Assembly: GCA_040285825.1 (NCBI GenBank)
Contig: JAUPSS010000001.1
Coordinates: forward strand, 1,178,001 to 1,242,000
DNA length: 64,000 nucleotides
Origin: Eukaryota sp. TZLM1-RC
Taxonomy: Eukaryota > Protista > Metamonada: BaSk clade
Direction of reading: 5' to 3'
In this document: in pieces, positions 1-11,324 of the stretch
Layout of the letters: each line of letters begins with the position of its first letter
How positions within the stretch are numbered: the stretch's first letter is position 1
Position numbers and translations under genes: made by a program
The notes under the pieces: generated by a model
Databases searched by the model: none
Told to the model about the DNA's origin: nothing
The model's input: only the letters and a program-made list of their open reading frames with translations

Positions 1-1142
1 ACAGTACTATACTGTAAAGACTTAGCCTGTGAGTTCACCAAAACTACCCAATTTTTCAATTGTTGCATAAACTCCACGTTCCCCACCATTAATTCATCAA
101 TCAAAATGATTGATTGACTGAGATAACGATAACTCTTCCCGTACAACTCAGCAGCCGTATTGAACTGTAAGGCCTTGCTGAAAGAGAGAGCACTGTAGAA
201 AACTCTTAAAGATCTGAAACAAGAACCTAAAACATTACCCAACTCCTCTTCCAACGGTTCACAATTAGAGATCAAAATTTCCAAAAGTCTGACCAGTTCT
301 GTTGACTTTGCTTGACCAGCTTCTACTTCTTTCTTCTTTAACAAAGCCATAACAAGATTTCTATGCAAAACACGGTTTGCCTTCTCGTTATGAACGTATT
401 CAAAAGCCTTGTTAAAAGATTCTCTCGTCTCTTCATCAATAGAACCCTGAACACTTCGCAAGGCATCTTCCGTCTCGCCCAAGCACATTAACAAAGGTTG
501 AAAGACACCAACAATTTCTTCTTCTGTTTTAGATTCTAAATTATTAATATTAACATTGAGCACCTTCAAAGCTTCGTTAATCCCCATGATAGCTCTTATC
601 AAGGTAGGTGACGCTGGTAGGATTAGATTAATGGCCATTTGATCTTGACCAAGAGAGACTGTCACGTGACCAGTGACGTCAGCTTGTTTCTCCATAGCAA
701 GAGCGTGTTCAAGTTGAAGATGATATTGTTTGGCGAGTTGCTTGGCCTTCTCGCTTCCTTTATGCTCTATGAGTTCAGCAAGAAGAGAGGAATGTTTGAC
801 GGCCTTAGAGAGACGTGATAGAGCATGATGCATCACCTTGGTTGATTTTTGGCTAGCAGCTTCTTGCTTGAGATACATTGCGTGTGACCAGGCACGTTCT
901 GCTTCTAAAAGTTTGATAAGGAAGAATCTATCAGATCGGACATCATCGGGGGTGATAGTTTTGGGTTTTTGTTTACGAGGATGGGTGTGTTTGAGGGACT
1001 GGCGCAGACGGTGAAGACGACGGCTACAGTATTGTTGATAACGCTGGAAATCTCCCAAGGAAGCACCATATGTAGATTGCAACTCATGGACAATATCAAA
1101 TAAAGGAAAGTCAAAGAGTTGTGGGGAATCGGGAGGAGACAT
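1..1142 (-). CDS. SRP68: Signal recognition particle subunit SRP68 (3' end runs off the window)
   Basis: Missing from the ORF track because it has no stop in the window. Manual translation from ATG 1142: MSPPDSPQLFDFPLFDIVHELQSTYGASLGDFQRYQQYCSRRLHRLRQSLKH...FLIKLLEAERAWSHAMYLKQE...HALSRLSKAVKH. This matches the SRP68 RNA-binding-domain motifs GDFQRYxxYCSRR and AERAWxxAMxLKQE. The frame is open to position 3. Confidence 0.9.
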   Translation of the reverse strand, partial: MSPPDSPQLFDFPLFDIVHELQSTYGASLGDFQRYQQYCSRRLHRLRQSLKHTHPRKQKPKTITPDDVRSDRFFLIKLLEAERAWSHAMYLKQEAASQKSTKVMHHALSRLSKAVKHSSLLAELIEHKGSEKAKQLAKQYHLQLEHALAMEKQADVTGHVTVSLGQDQMAINLILPASPTLIRAIMGINEALKVLNVNINNLESKTEEEIVGVFQPLLMCLGETEDALRSVQGSIDEETRESFNKAFEYVHNEKANRVLHRNLVMALLKKKEVEAGQAKSTELVRLLEILISNCEPLEEELGNVLGSCFRSLRVFYSALSFSKALQFNTAAELYGKSYRYLSQSIILIDELMVGNVEFMQQLKNWVVLVNSQAKSLQYST

Positions 1143-1758
1143 TGACTACTGGTTGGCTGGAAGTACAATTTAATAAAGAGCAAATACAAATGTAGTCTTT
1201 TGGATTGAATGTGATTCCTGAGTGTTCATCACCCCATCAACATTTGCACAACGCACATCTTTTTTTCCATTTACACATCTCACCTTTATTTCTTAATTAA
1301 ATGCGTCTTGAAATCATGCCATCAGCCAAGCAGATCAAGATTTTGTTGAGGATATCATGGTTCAATAAATTTTGTCCAATTATTTATGAGGTTATTTTGT
1401 TGGGTTGGCGGCAAGTTTTATAAATCAAATCATGCCGTAAATTATTTCAATCAACATTCTTTTACTTTTATTACAATTCAACTGAATCTCGATGTTCTAA
1501 TATACCGAATCTGATCTCAGTTCAGGACTCAGAAGGAGAATATTGTAACTCGCCACAAAAAAATTGTAGAAGAAATAACAGGATAGTTCTTCTTATAAAA
1601 AACTTTGAAAATTTGGGGAAAGAATTGGTCTTCAAAATCTTCAATCTTTTTCATCTACTTCAAAGTTTAATTAAACTTCCTCTTAACCGCCACCTTTCTG
1701 CGTTTCTAATACATCACCAACAATCATACCTACAACCACTTTGTTTAAATTACAACTT

Positions 1759-2340
1759 TTATCATATATTTCGATCTACAAATCCTCTTGTCACTAGGTC
1801 TTTGACCCAGAAGTTCAATGAATTACGTGTAGTAGTTTTGTCACAATTACTTGGATGGAAAATGTTCCAAATTCCTGATCATGCTTATCTTAGTCCACAT
1901 TAAGGCGGTTTAGGTTGGATAAAGGCTTCTATTGTTTTTTCATGTGGTTTTATTGGTGGATGCAGAAATGTAATATTTGAGTGTTCTTAAAGATTTGAAG
2001 ATTGGGAAGCTATATTAATGGCAACTCAAAGTTCCACTGTTTTTGCATTAAATGAAGAAATTTCAAAAACTGATCTGGAAAAATGGAGTCGATTCTTTCC
2101 CCGATCATTCAATGGTAATATTCTTGAAAAGTATTTTTTAATTTTATAATACACTCTTCGAACATTACAGAAACGATTTACTGGAATGTATGAAAATGAT
2201 CTTTATAATAATATATGCAGCTTGGCTGTTTTAAATCAAAATCTTTACTCATTGTGATTGAAACAGGGTGGTTGTGAAAATAAGTCATCAGATTCTCCAT
2301 TTTTTGTAACCAGTGTACTAGGAAGATTTGGATTGTGTGT
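1759..2340 (+). mobile_element. Degenerate CRE-like non-LTR fragment, family B (post-RT region)
   Basis: Homologous to 23850-24430 (IFRSTNPLVTR...QKFNELR...IPDHAYLSPH), with stop codons. Confidence 0.85.
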
Positions 2341-2484
2341 AATGCTGTATGGTTAGACATTACAGAATATAGAGATAAAAGATAAAGATATTTATTAAAT
2401 TTCACTGGCCCTTATAAAGGCCGTCACTAGTGAAGTCTATACTAGACTAATTGTCCACAGTACATTTGTAACAAAGATGAGGTT

Positions 2485-3175
2485 ATATTTGAAGTTGGAA
2501 CTAAAACACATTCTTATAATGGTAAATTTGATATGTTTCTGCGTATCTAAAGTCATCATTCGGTCAATTTTAACGGAAATTGAGTTCAACTTTTCAAACA
2601 ATTTTTTGGTAATTTCATCATTATTTCCTAAAAACGAACCCAAATGACGAATAGCATCAATTGAATATAAATTTGGCTTGAATTTCAATACCATCAACTA
2701 TTGTAGAAACTGGAAAATTCGATACCAAAACAAATTTAAGTAAATTAAGTCGGAGACCAATTTTGGTAAACATTTCTTTAAAACATACAGTTGCTTGCTT
2801 CACAATATTTGAATCACCAATAAGAACAACATCATCCATATATGCAATCATTTTTAGTGAAGGAAACATCTCTTGAATTTGTAATAAAATAGGATGAATG
2901 GCCAAACAAAATAAAAGAGGTCCTAACGGATCTCCTTGCTTTACACTACTTGATGACTTCAAAATGGAATTACCAAAATGTAAATTAGAATATGTGCTAT
3001 ATGTTGATTGGAAATACAGCATTAATTCAAGCATATATTGCAACAAAACACCTTGAATACTGCAACGACTGAGTGAATTGAATGAATTACTAAAATACAA
3101 TGACATACAAGCATTGGATTCATTTTGGCAAAATAATACATCTGTAGCAAAAATCGCTGAAGAAACTCTATCAGT
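2485..3175 (-). mobile_element. Degenerate CRE-like non-LTR fragment, family B (RT core), inverted relative to 1759-2340
   Basis: VKQGDPLGPLLF and AYMDD RT motifs; homologous to 23165-23845. Confidence 0.9.
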
Positions 3176-4669
3176 ATTTGATACGTAAAAGCCATAAATT
3201 GTTCAACAAAATTTTCAATTCTATCAAATAAGATGTAGAATATAATTTTGATGGTAAAAAATAGAAAAATTTAGTTTGCTCAAATTATTATGTAAAAAAT
3301 AAACTATCCATGAGACCAATATTGTTGGCTAATGTGATTTTCAATTTAAGTGCTTAATTTCAAATTTGCAAAACCAACTACCAGTTAACAACCACCTCTT
3401 CTGACGCCTACCCATCAATACCATACACCTTCGATCTTCTTCTATCCCATGACAATCTTCCTTATCTACTTGACACACTTCATTTTATGGAAAATTCTCA
3501 AGCATCGGTTTTCAGGTAACTCAGATATCATGCAAGTGGCGATTCTCACCCCTTAACACTTTAAATATTAGGTTTGTCTTGCCAAATCCATTAAAAAGTA
3601 CAAGTTTATGGATTAATTCGAAGTAAACCCAACTTGCCATTACATAACCTTGAAGGAGGTGTCAAGATGTATTGTTTTTTGTTTCATGGTTTTCTTAGTG
3701 TTTCAGTTTCATATATACTGAACATTGTGTTTGATCCATGATCCTATATTATGTAGGGTAGCCAATAACTATCCACAATTAATATATTGACATATTGAAC
3801 TATTCAAAAATAATAAAAATATAAATAAGTTTACTAAGTTAGATGGTCATTGATTCAGCATCGGATAGCTGAATGATGATGATTCGTTAATTTCTGCAGC
3901 TCTTTAGAATTATTCGGGCGTAGAAGACACAAAATATTTTGTATACTTTAGTGATGTAAACAAATAGTTACTACATCATACTCTTCCTCCCACTTGGAAA
4001 AAACTGGGTTTACAGGATGAGGCTTATACTAGTTAGCAGCGTAACACTGAAGTAATAATGATCACTGAAGATAAGATAAGGGGATGTTAAACTAGAGAAT
4101 CTTAGAATGAAAGTGTTTTAAAAGGATCATTACGCAGACAATACACAGGAGGAAGTATATGGCTTTGTAGATTTAATTCTAAATTTTTGAATTTTAAATT
4201 TAAACTTAATTCCTAATTCATTGTGAAAATTTAGCTGTGAGTGAAATAAAATTTAAGTATCTGGGGTGAAAAGCTCAGTATACCAACTACAAAACACAAA
4301 CTAAAATAAAATAAATGATATTCAACTAAAACGAACTGGATAACAGAAGAAATGTGACGTCTGATTTCCCAATTAACCAACATAATTCAGCTAGGAAAAC
4401 AATAAAACTTGATTGAAAAAATCACACAAACGATCCAACAGTGAAAGACAACTCTTCCAATAAGCCATGAAAGTAAGGGCGATTCGTTACAATTATTTCC
4501 AATACAATAATAATTCTCGCCTCAGTAAGTTCACGAGTAAATAACGTGGAGTACTAGCAAAACACTGCTGCAAAAGGTACCAAGATAGAAAACGATAGCA
4601 TTTTGGTTACCAGAATATTATTATTCTGTACATATATATATTCGATATATATTCTATCATTATATTCTT

Positions 4670-5164
4670 TGACATAAGACTAAGATTTCTTAATCTCTTA
4701 CGTTTTTTAATGAATCTTTATAATAATTAGTTATGAATAATTTTTCAATATTATAATTATTTTCTTTTTAATATTAATTGGGTATTAATCAATGATACAA
4801 ATTTTAATTTTTCATATTCATTTAAATTAATATCTTTTAATTTATCAAAAATCATTGTTCATCATAATTATTACAACATCTTTTGAATTTGCATTAGAAT
4901 ATTTTGTATAACTAACATCAAATGTATTTTTTTAATTTATTTTGTTTTTTATTAAAATTGGTATAAACTCTATTAGTTTTTTTCCCAATGCTCATCTATT
5001 AATTTATTAACTGGTTTGGATACAAGTCTAAGCTTTCTAAATATATTTATAATTTGTTTATGATCATATATATTTATGACATCAACGATCGATTTATTAT
5101 TAGTAGATATACACAAATCTTCTGTTTTAATTAATATTTCTGATATCAACAACTTTTGTAACAT
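4670..5164 (-). pseudogene. Hypothetical viral-type gene, degraded 3' half
   Basis: ATG 5164 (MLQKLL...) downstream of AAAATGA; coding-like sequence continues past the stop at 4973, with stops, to ~4670. Confidence 0.45.
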
Positions 5165-5276
5165 ATTGATAAAAAAAATAATCATTTTTAAACTATAATG
5201 ATTTTTTCAATCCATTTACTAATCCAATTGTTAATTTTTCGAAAAATTTATCTACATCATCACTTTTTCTTTCTAC

Positions 5277-5660
5277 TTATTTCAAAACTCTCTCTTTTTT
5301 AATTACTCGACAATCTTTAACAAAATGACCAAATTTTCCACATTTAAAACATTTATTATTTTCGTGATTAATCATTTTATTTAAAACATATTTTTCACTT
5401 TCATTTACTTGCAATGAAGAAAAATTTCCTCCCCTAACATTATCAATTCCATATCTATACATATAATTGAGTGTTACTATATCTTCTTTAAACAATTCAT
5501 TTGATGTAATCATTTTTAATAATTTTATTGGTTTATATTGAGTAGTCCATCTTGAAGAATGTTTTCCACTAAAATGGTCTTGTAATCTTAAATTAAGATT
5601 GTTAGTCTTTCCTATATAATATTTGTTATTTTCCAACAACAACACATAAATAGTAGTCAT
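5277..5660 (-). CDS. GIY-YIG-like nuclease with C-terminal CCHC zinc knuckle
   Basis: IYVLLLENNKYYIGKT...RLQDH...YGIDNVRGG and CFKCGKFGHFVKDC; this architecture is common in large DNA viruses. ATG 5660 follows the AAAATGA motif. Confidence 0.85.
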   Translation of the reverse strand: MTTIYVLLLENNKYYIGKTNNLNLRLQDHFSGKHSSRWTTQYKPIKLLKMITSNELFKEDIVTLNYMYRYGIDNVRGGNFSSLQVNESEKYVLNKMINHENNKCFKCGKFGHFVKDCRVIKKERVLK

Positions 5661-5680
5661 TTTTGATAAAAAAATCATTT

Positions 5681-5989
5681 TCACCAACCATATGTCAATA
5701 CTCCATTTTCAATTTTTATCATTTTATTTGAAATACATAGAATAAATTGTTTACATTTAAATATTTTATCATGTTCTAATAATTTTTTAAATATTTTATC
5801 GGCATCACCAACATATTGATAAACAGGATAATTTAAATTTTGTTTTTTAAGTTTGAATTTTGTTTCAAGCCAATCACCAATTTCATAACCATCCATTGTC
5901 GTATCAAATTCATTTAATTTGCGTATTTCAATTTCATTGTTAGAATATTTAATGTCATATTCTTTTAAATCTAATGAAATTTCAACCAT
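5681..5989 (-). CDS. Hypothetical viral-type protein
   Basis: ORF from ATG 5989 (MVEISL...), preceded by AAAAATGA; no motif recognised. Confidence 0.55.
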   Translation of the reverse strand: MVEISLDLKEYDIKYSNNEIEIRKLNEFDTTMDGYEIGDWLETKFKLKKQNLNYPVYQYVGDADKIFKKLLEHDKIFKCKQFILCISNKMIKIENGVLTYGW

Positions 5990-6011
5990 TTTCATAAAAA
6001 AATAATCATTT

Positions 6012-7001
6012 TTATGAAAACAAAATTCCAATAATTTCACTATAATCTAAGTGGAATTGGTCAACACCAATAAATAAATAATCATCAGAACGATAATGTT
6101 CTTTATCATCAATTAGCAAGTCCATCTTTAACAAATGTTTGTGATTGATGTTTATCAAATGATCAGGAATGTAGATAGTTAAGAAATATTTCTTCAAACA
6201 TTCTTGTTTTTCTTCTCTTAATCCAGAATCAATCATTTTATGATAACCAGCTGTGACAAAATAAACCTGAAAATCATCTTCAATAAATTGTCTGACAATG
6301 TTAACCATTCTCATATTTGGTTTAAGATTTTTGAAAAATCCCTTTTCAGAAAATATTTCCTGACCATTTGCTCTAAATTTAGTTGGACAAGGAGAATATT
6401 CGAAATCTGAATTGATTTCATTTATTATTTCAGTTGTTCTACATAGAGTATCATCCATATCAACTCCAATTATTTTCTTTTTTAATTTTAATCTTTTTGA
6501 TGTTGTTTTTTGAATCCTTTCGTTAATAAATTCAAATGGATCATCGCTTGTAATTTCAAAATATCTAATTTTTAACAATCTCAAAATTTTTCTAAATTGA
6601 GTTAGTGTTTTCTCAACATTTCCATCATATCTTTCTTTTTCTTTTCTGTGATATTGTTGAGTGAATAAAAATACAACATCAGGAATATATTCACCAATTG
6701 CTTGATCCATAGTCCACAACATTGAACCACCATTTGCAGATGAATGTGCAACTCCATCAATCCAACATCTATCCATAATGACTGTATCGTAAAATTCAAT
6801 TTCATCAATCTTTTCGTTTCTATTTTTTGCAAAAATTAATTGGATTTCTTTTTCACTCATATTTATATTACCCTTTAAAAAGTCATCGATTATTTTTCCT
6901 GTGTCAGTAGTTCTATCAGGAAGTTTAATGATGGGATAATTAAATTTACTAGCAAGAGTAGATTTTCCAGAACAATCAATTCCACTGAATGCGATAATCA
7001 T
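6012..7001 (-). CDS. Thymidylate kinase fused to a HAD 5'(3')-deoxyribonucleotidase (NT5C-like)
   Basis: N-terminus: P-loop FSGIDCSGKST, LPDRTTDTG and MDRCWIDGVAH (dTMP kinase). C-terminus: HAD motif I VDMDDTL, FFKNLKP and motif IV LLIDDK. One continuous 329-aa ORF. Confidence 0.85.
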   Translation of the reverse strand: MIIAFSGIDCSGKSTLASKFNYPIIKLPDRTTDTGKIIDDFLKGNINMSEKEIQLIFAKNRNEKIDEIEFYDTVIMDRCWIDGVAHSSANGGSMLWTMDQAIGEYIPDVVFLFTQQYHRKEKERYDGNVEKTLTQFRKILRLLKIRYFEITSDDPFEFINERIQKTTSKRLKLKKKIIGVDMDDTLCRTTEIINEINSDFEYSPCPTKFRANGQEIFSEKGFFKNLKPNMRMVNIVRQFIEDDFQVYFVTAGYHKMIDSGLREEKQECLKKYFLTIYIPDHLININHKHLLKMDLLIDDKEHYRSDDYLFIGVDQFHLDYSEIIGILFS

Positions 7002-7024
7002 TTCTTAAAAAATATATTCATTTT

Positions 7025-7351
7025 TTAACTTGGAATGGTTTGTATTACAACAACTTTTTCAAATTCATATAGTGGTCTTTTAATTGTTGTTTTTGTTATA
7101 AAAACATTATCTAATTGTGAGATTGATTGTTTTATATTGAAAAGTTGTTTATCAATTTCATTTTCATTAAATGGAAAGTAAAAACGAAATGGTATGTGAT
7201 GATCACATGCACTTTCAATTATTTTAAAATCAAAATTATATACATAAAAACTAATATAATCTAATGTTTCTGTAAAAGTTGATGGATTAATATAATCAAC
7301 TTCTATAATTTTTTTCACCAAACATTTATCATAAAAATAATCATTTTTCAT
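7025..7351 (-). CDS. Hypothetical viral-type protein
   Basis: 108-aa ORF. The true start may be the ATG at ~7324 after AAAAATGA, with a homopolymer frameshift. Confidence 0.5.
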   Translation of the reverse strand: MKNDYFYDKCLVKKIIEVDYINPSTFTETLDYISFYVYNFDFKIIESACDHHIPFRFYFPFNENEIDKQLFNIKQSISQLDNVFITKTTIKRPLYEFEKVVVIQTIPS

Positions 7352-7578
7352 ACTATTTTATTCTCAAAGATACGAAATGTTTATTTCATATTATGTCTGA
7401 AACAAATCTGTTTCAATTCTTCATTTGCAAATTCAATATAATAATGATAATACTGTTCAAATTTTTCAACACCATCAATTTTACATTTTTCGTGAATTGT
7501 GTTAATTATTAAATTCCATAAACTCTCAATTTCTTCCCACATAATAATTTTCAATCTTTCTTTTACATATTCGCTTTT

Positions 7579-8114
7579 GTTGTCTCCCTCTTTTTTGTTG
7601 ACTCTACTGAATGTTTTTCCATTGATAACATCATCCTTTGAAACATCAATTTGGAGACACATTAGTTCCCTTCCCACAAGCATTTTGTTTCTTGTTCAAT
7701 TTGACTTGACCATCAGCAGATGTTCGCATTTCTCTTCTCATGAAAAGCTTGCTGTCGCCTTTAAACCGCTCTTGGAGCTTCTTAGACGGCCGCTTAGTAA
7801 TGGAAGCAGAAAGTTTGTGATCTGTTTACTGAATTATTATGGGTTTGGATAGTTGTTCTTGAGATAGAATTCTCACCCTTCTTATTGGATGTTGTTGCTG
7901 GTTCAAATAATCGTATGTGTGATGAAAAGCTTGCTGTCGCCTTTAAAACGCTCTTGGAGCATGCCAGACGGCCGCTTAGTAATGTCAATCATGTACTGTT
8001 TGGTTTTGTGCTGGTTGTTCAGTGTCTTATTGGAGTATTGGCTACTAGTAGTGGAGTAGTTGGATGAGGAATTTCTGAATTGTCGTAGTATTTAGCTCAT
8101 TTAATAAAAACAGT
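7579..8114 (+). mobile_element. 5'-truncated copy of the short ORF-bearing retroposon
   Basis: 13-bp TSD CATATTCGCTTTT (7566-7578 / 8115-8127); AATAAA near the 3' end; homologous to 38719-39260; internal ~60-bp repeat at 7742-7802 / 7924-7984. Confidence 0.9.
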
Positions 8115-8167
8115 CATATTCGCTTTTTAACCAATTTTCTGATTTATTTTCACGATAATATTTTAAA

Positions 8168-10191
8168 GGGAAAATCACAGCTATACCCAATTCATAAAAT
8201 TTAATTCCACATGTACCCAGATCTAACCATCTCCAATATCTCTGAAAACCCCAGATTCAAACTTTCAGTGGGCAATAGGTTCAGCAAAGACATCCTGCAA
8301 GAGCTTATTAGAAAAGAAGGTTCCGATAGAAAAGCGAGCGTGAGATATACAAAATACGAGGTAACTCGCATCAATGCTGTCTGTAGAAGCAAAGATTGCA
8401 CGTTCCGCTGTTATGCAACTAGAAAGAAAGACTGTCCAGATGAGACACCTTATGTCGTCAAAAACCTGATTCAACATACTTGTGATCCACTTGCTCTTGG
8501 AACGAAAGCTCCAAGACCTACTACTTCCTTTCTTGCAAGCCATCCTCGAGTGAAAGATAGAATAAAGGCCAAACCATTTCTAACAGCTGCCGAACTCAAG
8601 CCATTACTGGATGAGATAGCTGATATGAAGCTTGCTGAAAGAGTTGCAGCTAAAGTTCGAGCAAAAGCTCGAGAGATTGTCTTTGGTACTCATAAAACAA
8701 ACTACGCACGGCTTTATTCTCTTATACTCCGTATCCAACAGTGTAACCCTGGTTCTCGTTGTGTGTTGGAGAAAGAAGCAGACAATACTTTCAAACGTTT
8801 GTTTATTGCTTTTGGTGGATCTTTACATGGGAGTCAGTTCTGTCGTCCACTCATTCAAATTGATGGAACCCATTTGAAAACAAAGCATAAAAATGTGATG
8901 TTATGTGCAACAATGATCGACGCTCAGGGTCAGCTGTTTCCAATTGCGATATCTATAGTTTCTGGAGAAAATTATGACAACTGGAGATGGTTTCTTTGTG
9001 AGCTAAAGAATTGTCTCAAAACAGAAGTAACAACCATTATATCTGACAGAGAGAAAGGACTTGTTGAATCTGTAAGATCTATTTTTCCTGATGCGTTTCA
9101 CAGCTACTGTGTTCGCCATTTGGCCAAAAATATAGGCGTTAAGTACACAAGTGTTTTATTACAAGCAGCAAGGGCAGAAACAGAGATTGAATTAAAACAG
9201 TATCTCGAGACATTGAGAGAACAATCCATCAAGGCCTACGAAAAGGTAACAAAAGCTGGGATCAGCAATTGGGCTACTGTTGGGTTTGAAGGTCTTCGTT
9301 ATGGGCACTTCACGTCCAATTTAATCGAATCTCTCAATGCTTGGCTTCTTGTTGCCAGAGGATTGCCTGTAATAGCAATGATCCAAACTATCATTTATAA
9401 TCTCAATCGATGGTTTGAAGATCGATATCATCGTGGATCAGAAATGCAGAAAGCTATTGTAGAAAGTGTTTGGCATAAATTGAAGGATGAAGTTGTAGAA
9501 GGGAGAAAGTTGAAGACGAGAACGATAAGAAGAGATGACAACATCTTCGTCCAAGTAGAAGAAGCTCAGAAAAGGTACACAGTGAATATTAAGGAGCGTT
9601 TATGTACCTGTGAAAAATGGCAACGTTTAGGCATCCCATGTAGACATGCTGTCGCAGCATTGAAAAAACTGAAACATCCGGTCTCAAATGGGGTTGATTC
9701 TCACTACCTTACCGAAAATTACCTAAGAACTTATGAGAACTTTATTGGTGCTGTAGAGAATCAAGACTTAGATGAAGACGATATGCTGCCTCCAACTTAC
9801 AAAAAGGCTCGTGGAAGACCACCAACAAAAAGATTACGGCCTGGTGAGGGAAGAAATAAAAAGAAGGTAAAGGTAGCAAATGATGGTGATGTAAGTGAGG
9901 TGGACGAAAAAATGTTATATGAGTCTATCATTAACATAAGTACAATTCATGATGTTTTTGACGAGTCCTCAAGTTCTGGAGAAGATTATGAAAATGAAAC
10001 TGAGCTGGAAGAGGACTCAGACGATCAGTGGAATGAATTGACCACTGAATTGATGTAGACATAGATTGCTTTATAAAGAAATGTTTAATTGTTGCAATTT
10101 GGGTACAGGTGAAACCAAAATTGATGGGTATGGAGAAATTGGGTACAAGTGGGACAAAATTTGACAAAATGGGTATAAGTGAACTTGTCCC
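8168..10191 (+). mobile_element. Compact Mutator-like (MULE) DNA transposon, 2024 bp
   Basis: Imperfect ~50-bp TIRs (GGGAAAATCACAGCTATACCCAATT... vs reverse complement GGGACAAGTTCACTTATACCCATTT...); 9-bp TSD TATTTTAAA (8159-8167) / TATTTTAAG (10192-10200). Confidence 0.92.
8211..10058 (+). CDS. MuDR-family transposase with SWIM zinc finger
   Basis: N-terminal CRSKDCTF...HTC; IQIDGTHL, IISDREKGL, YCVRHL and TSNLIESLN (DDE core with CxxH); SWIM CTCEKWQRLGIPCRH; PP...RGRP. Intact 615 aa. Confidence 0.95.
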   Translation: MYPDLTISNISENPRFKLSVGNRFSKDILQELIRKEGSDRKASVRYTKYEVTRINAVCRSKDCTFRCYATRKKDCPDETPYVVKNLIQHTCDPLALGTKAPRPTTSFLASHPRVKDRIKAKPFLTAAELKPLLDEIADMKLAERVAAKVRAKAREIVFGTHKTNYARLYSLILRIQQCNPGSRCVLEKEADNTFKRLFIAFGGSLHGSQFCRPLIQIDGTHLKTKHKNVMLCATMIDAQGQLFPIAISIVSGENYDNWRWFLCELKNCLKTEVTTIISDREKGLVESVRSIFPDAFHSYCVRHLAKNIGVKYTSVLLQAARAETEIELKQYLETLREQSIKAYEKVTKAGISNWATVGFEGLRYGHFTSNLIESLNAWLLVARGLPVIAMIQTIIYNLNRWFEDRYHRGSEMQKAIVESVWHKLKDEVVEGRKLKTRTIRRDDNIFVQVEEAQKRYTVNIKERLCTCEKWQRLGIPCRHAVAALKKLKHPVSNGVDSHYLTENYLRTYENFIGAVENQDLDEDDMLPPTYKKARGRPPTKRLRPGEGRNKKKVKVANDGDVSEVDEKMLYESIINISTIHDVFDESSSSGEDYENETELEEDSDDQWNELTTELM

Positions 10192-11324
10192 TATTTTAAG
10201 TTATTATCATATTCAATTTTGTTTCTACGACGTCCAATTTGGTGGTGAATAAAAGTATCTATACACATCATGTGATGTAAATAATTTCTTGTTTTTCTAG
10301 GCACTGTTTGTTTATGCATAAAAGTATAAATTGTTTCACAACCAAAATCTGCATTCAATCCTTGATTACGTATATATTCAAAATAATGTGGATTGTGAAC
10401 ACTTCCATTTATAATTTGACCATTTTGCCAACTAAATGTTGTGTGACATTTTGTACACCACATTTGATCACAACCATCAATTTTTTGAATGGGAATTGCA
10501 CATTTAGGACAATGTTTTGTTGATTTTTTCATCATTTTAACCGTTTTACAATATTTATAACACAATCTCCATTGTGCAATTGTTCATAACATTCACCACA
10601 AAATTCAGTTTTACATAATTCACAAAAATTATCCTCATTAACAAATCCGTGGCATAGAGAACAAGGACGATATATTTGAACTCTTATTCCATTTTCTCTT
10701 TTTAATGGCTTAATCTCATTGGCAATCTCATCTAATTGTTTTTTATTTTCATCTATTTCTTTTTTAATTTCATCGTGTTGTGATAAGTATTCATGACAAG
10801 TGTTTATGTCAATCGTATAATCGAAAATAATTTTTTCTAAATTTAATAGGTTTTTGTTTAAATGATTTGATTTATTTATTATGTCATTAGACTTTATTTG
10901 ATAATCTGATATTTTACGTTCATTTGCAATAAGTAATGCAAATCTTGGTAGTAATTGTTTTTACTAAATTCAAATTCATATTCAATTTGATTTTTCACAA
11001 TTTTTCTCAAAAATAAACTACCTAATTTTGATTCAATGAATATTGATGTCCATTCATTTTTACAATACATACAAACCAATTTGATTTGAGATTTTGCATA
11101 TCTTTTTAAACAATCAATGCAACATGAAAATCCACAGAAACATTCTATTTCTTTTCTAGTTTTTGTATAATTATGAATACAATTTTTAGAATTTTTAATT
11201 ATGTTGAAAGAAAATTATTTTTATTATAATTTCTTAATAAAAAAACCTTTCGTTTTAAGAAATCTCTGGAAGAAAAAAATTATAAGTCTTGATTAAAAAT
11301 TATAATCTTATTAAAAAATATATT

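Larger units (their letters stand above)
7381..11185 (-). pseudogene. Viral-type RBR/IBR (ariadne-like) E3 ubiquitin ligase, split by two insertions
   Basis: RING1 remnant (CFCGFSCCIDC...CMYCKNEW), IBR (RPCSLCHGFV...CELCKTEFCGEC) and Rcat (TKHCPKCAIPIQKIDGCDQMWCTKCHTTFSW...HNPHYFEY). Removing the MULE and the 7579-8114 element gives contiguous ...DNNLKYYRENKSENWLKSEYVKERLKII...RHNMK*. Confidence 0.85.

Noticed and set aside
905-1189. Track ORF of 94 aa
   Set aside because: Alternative-frame shadow of the real SRP68 5' region.
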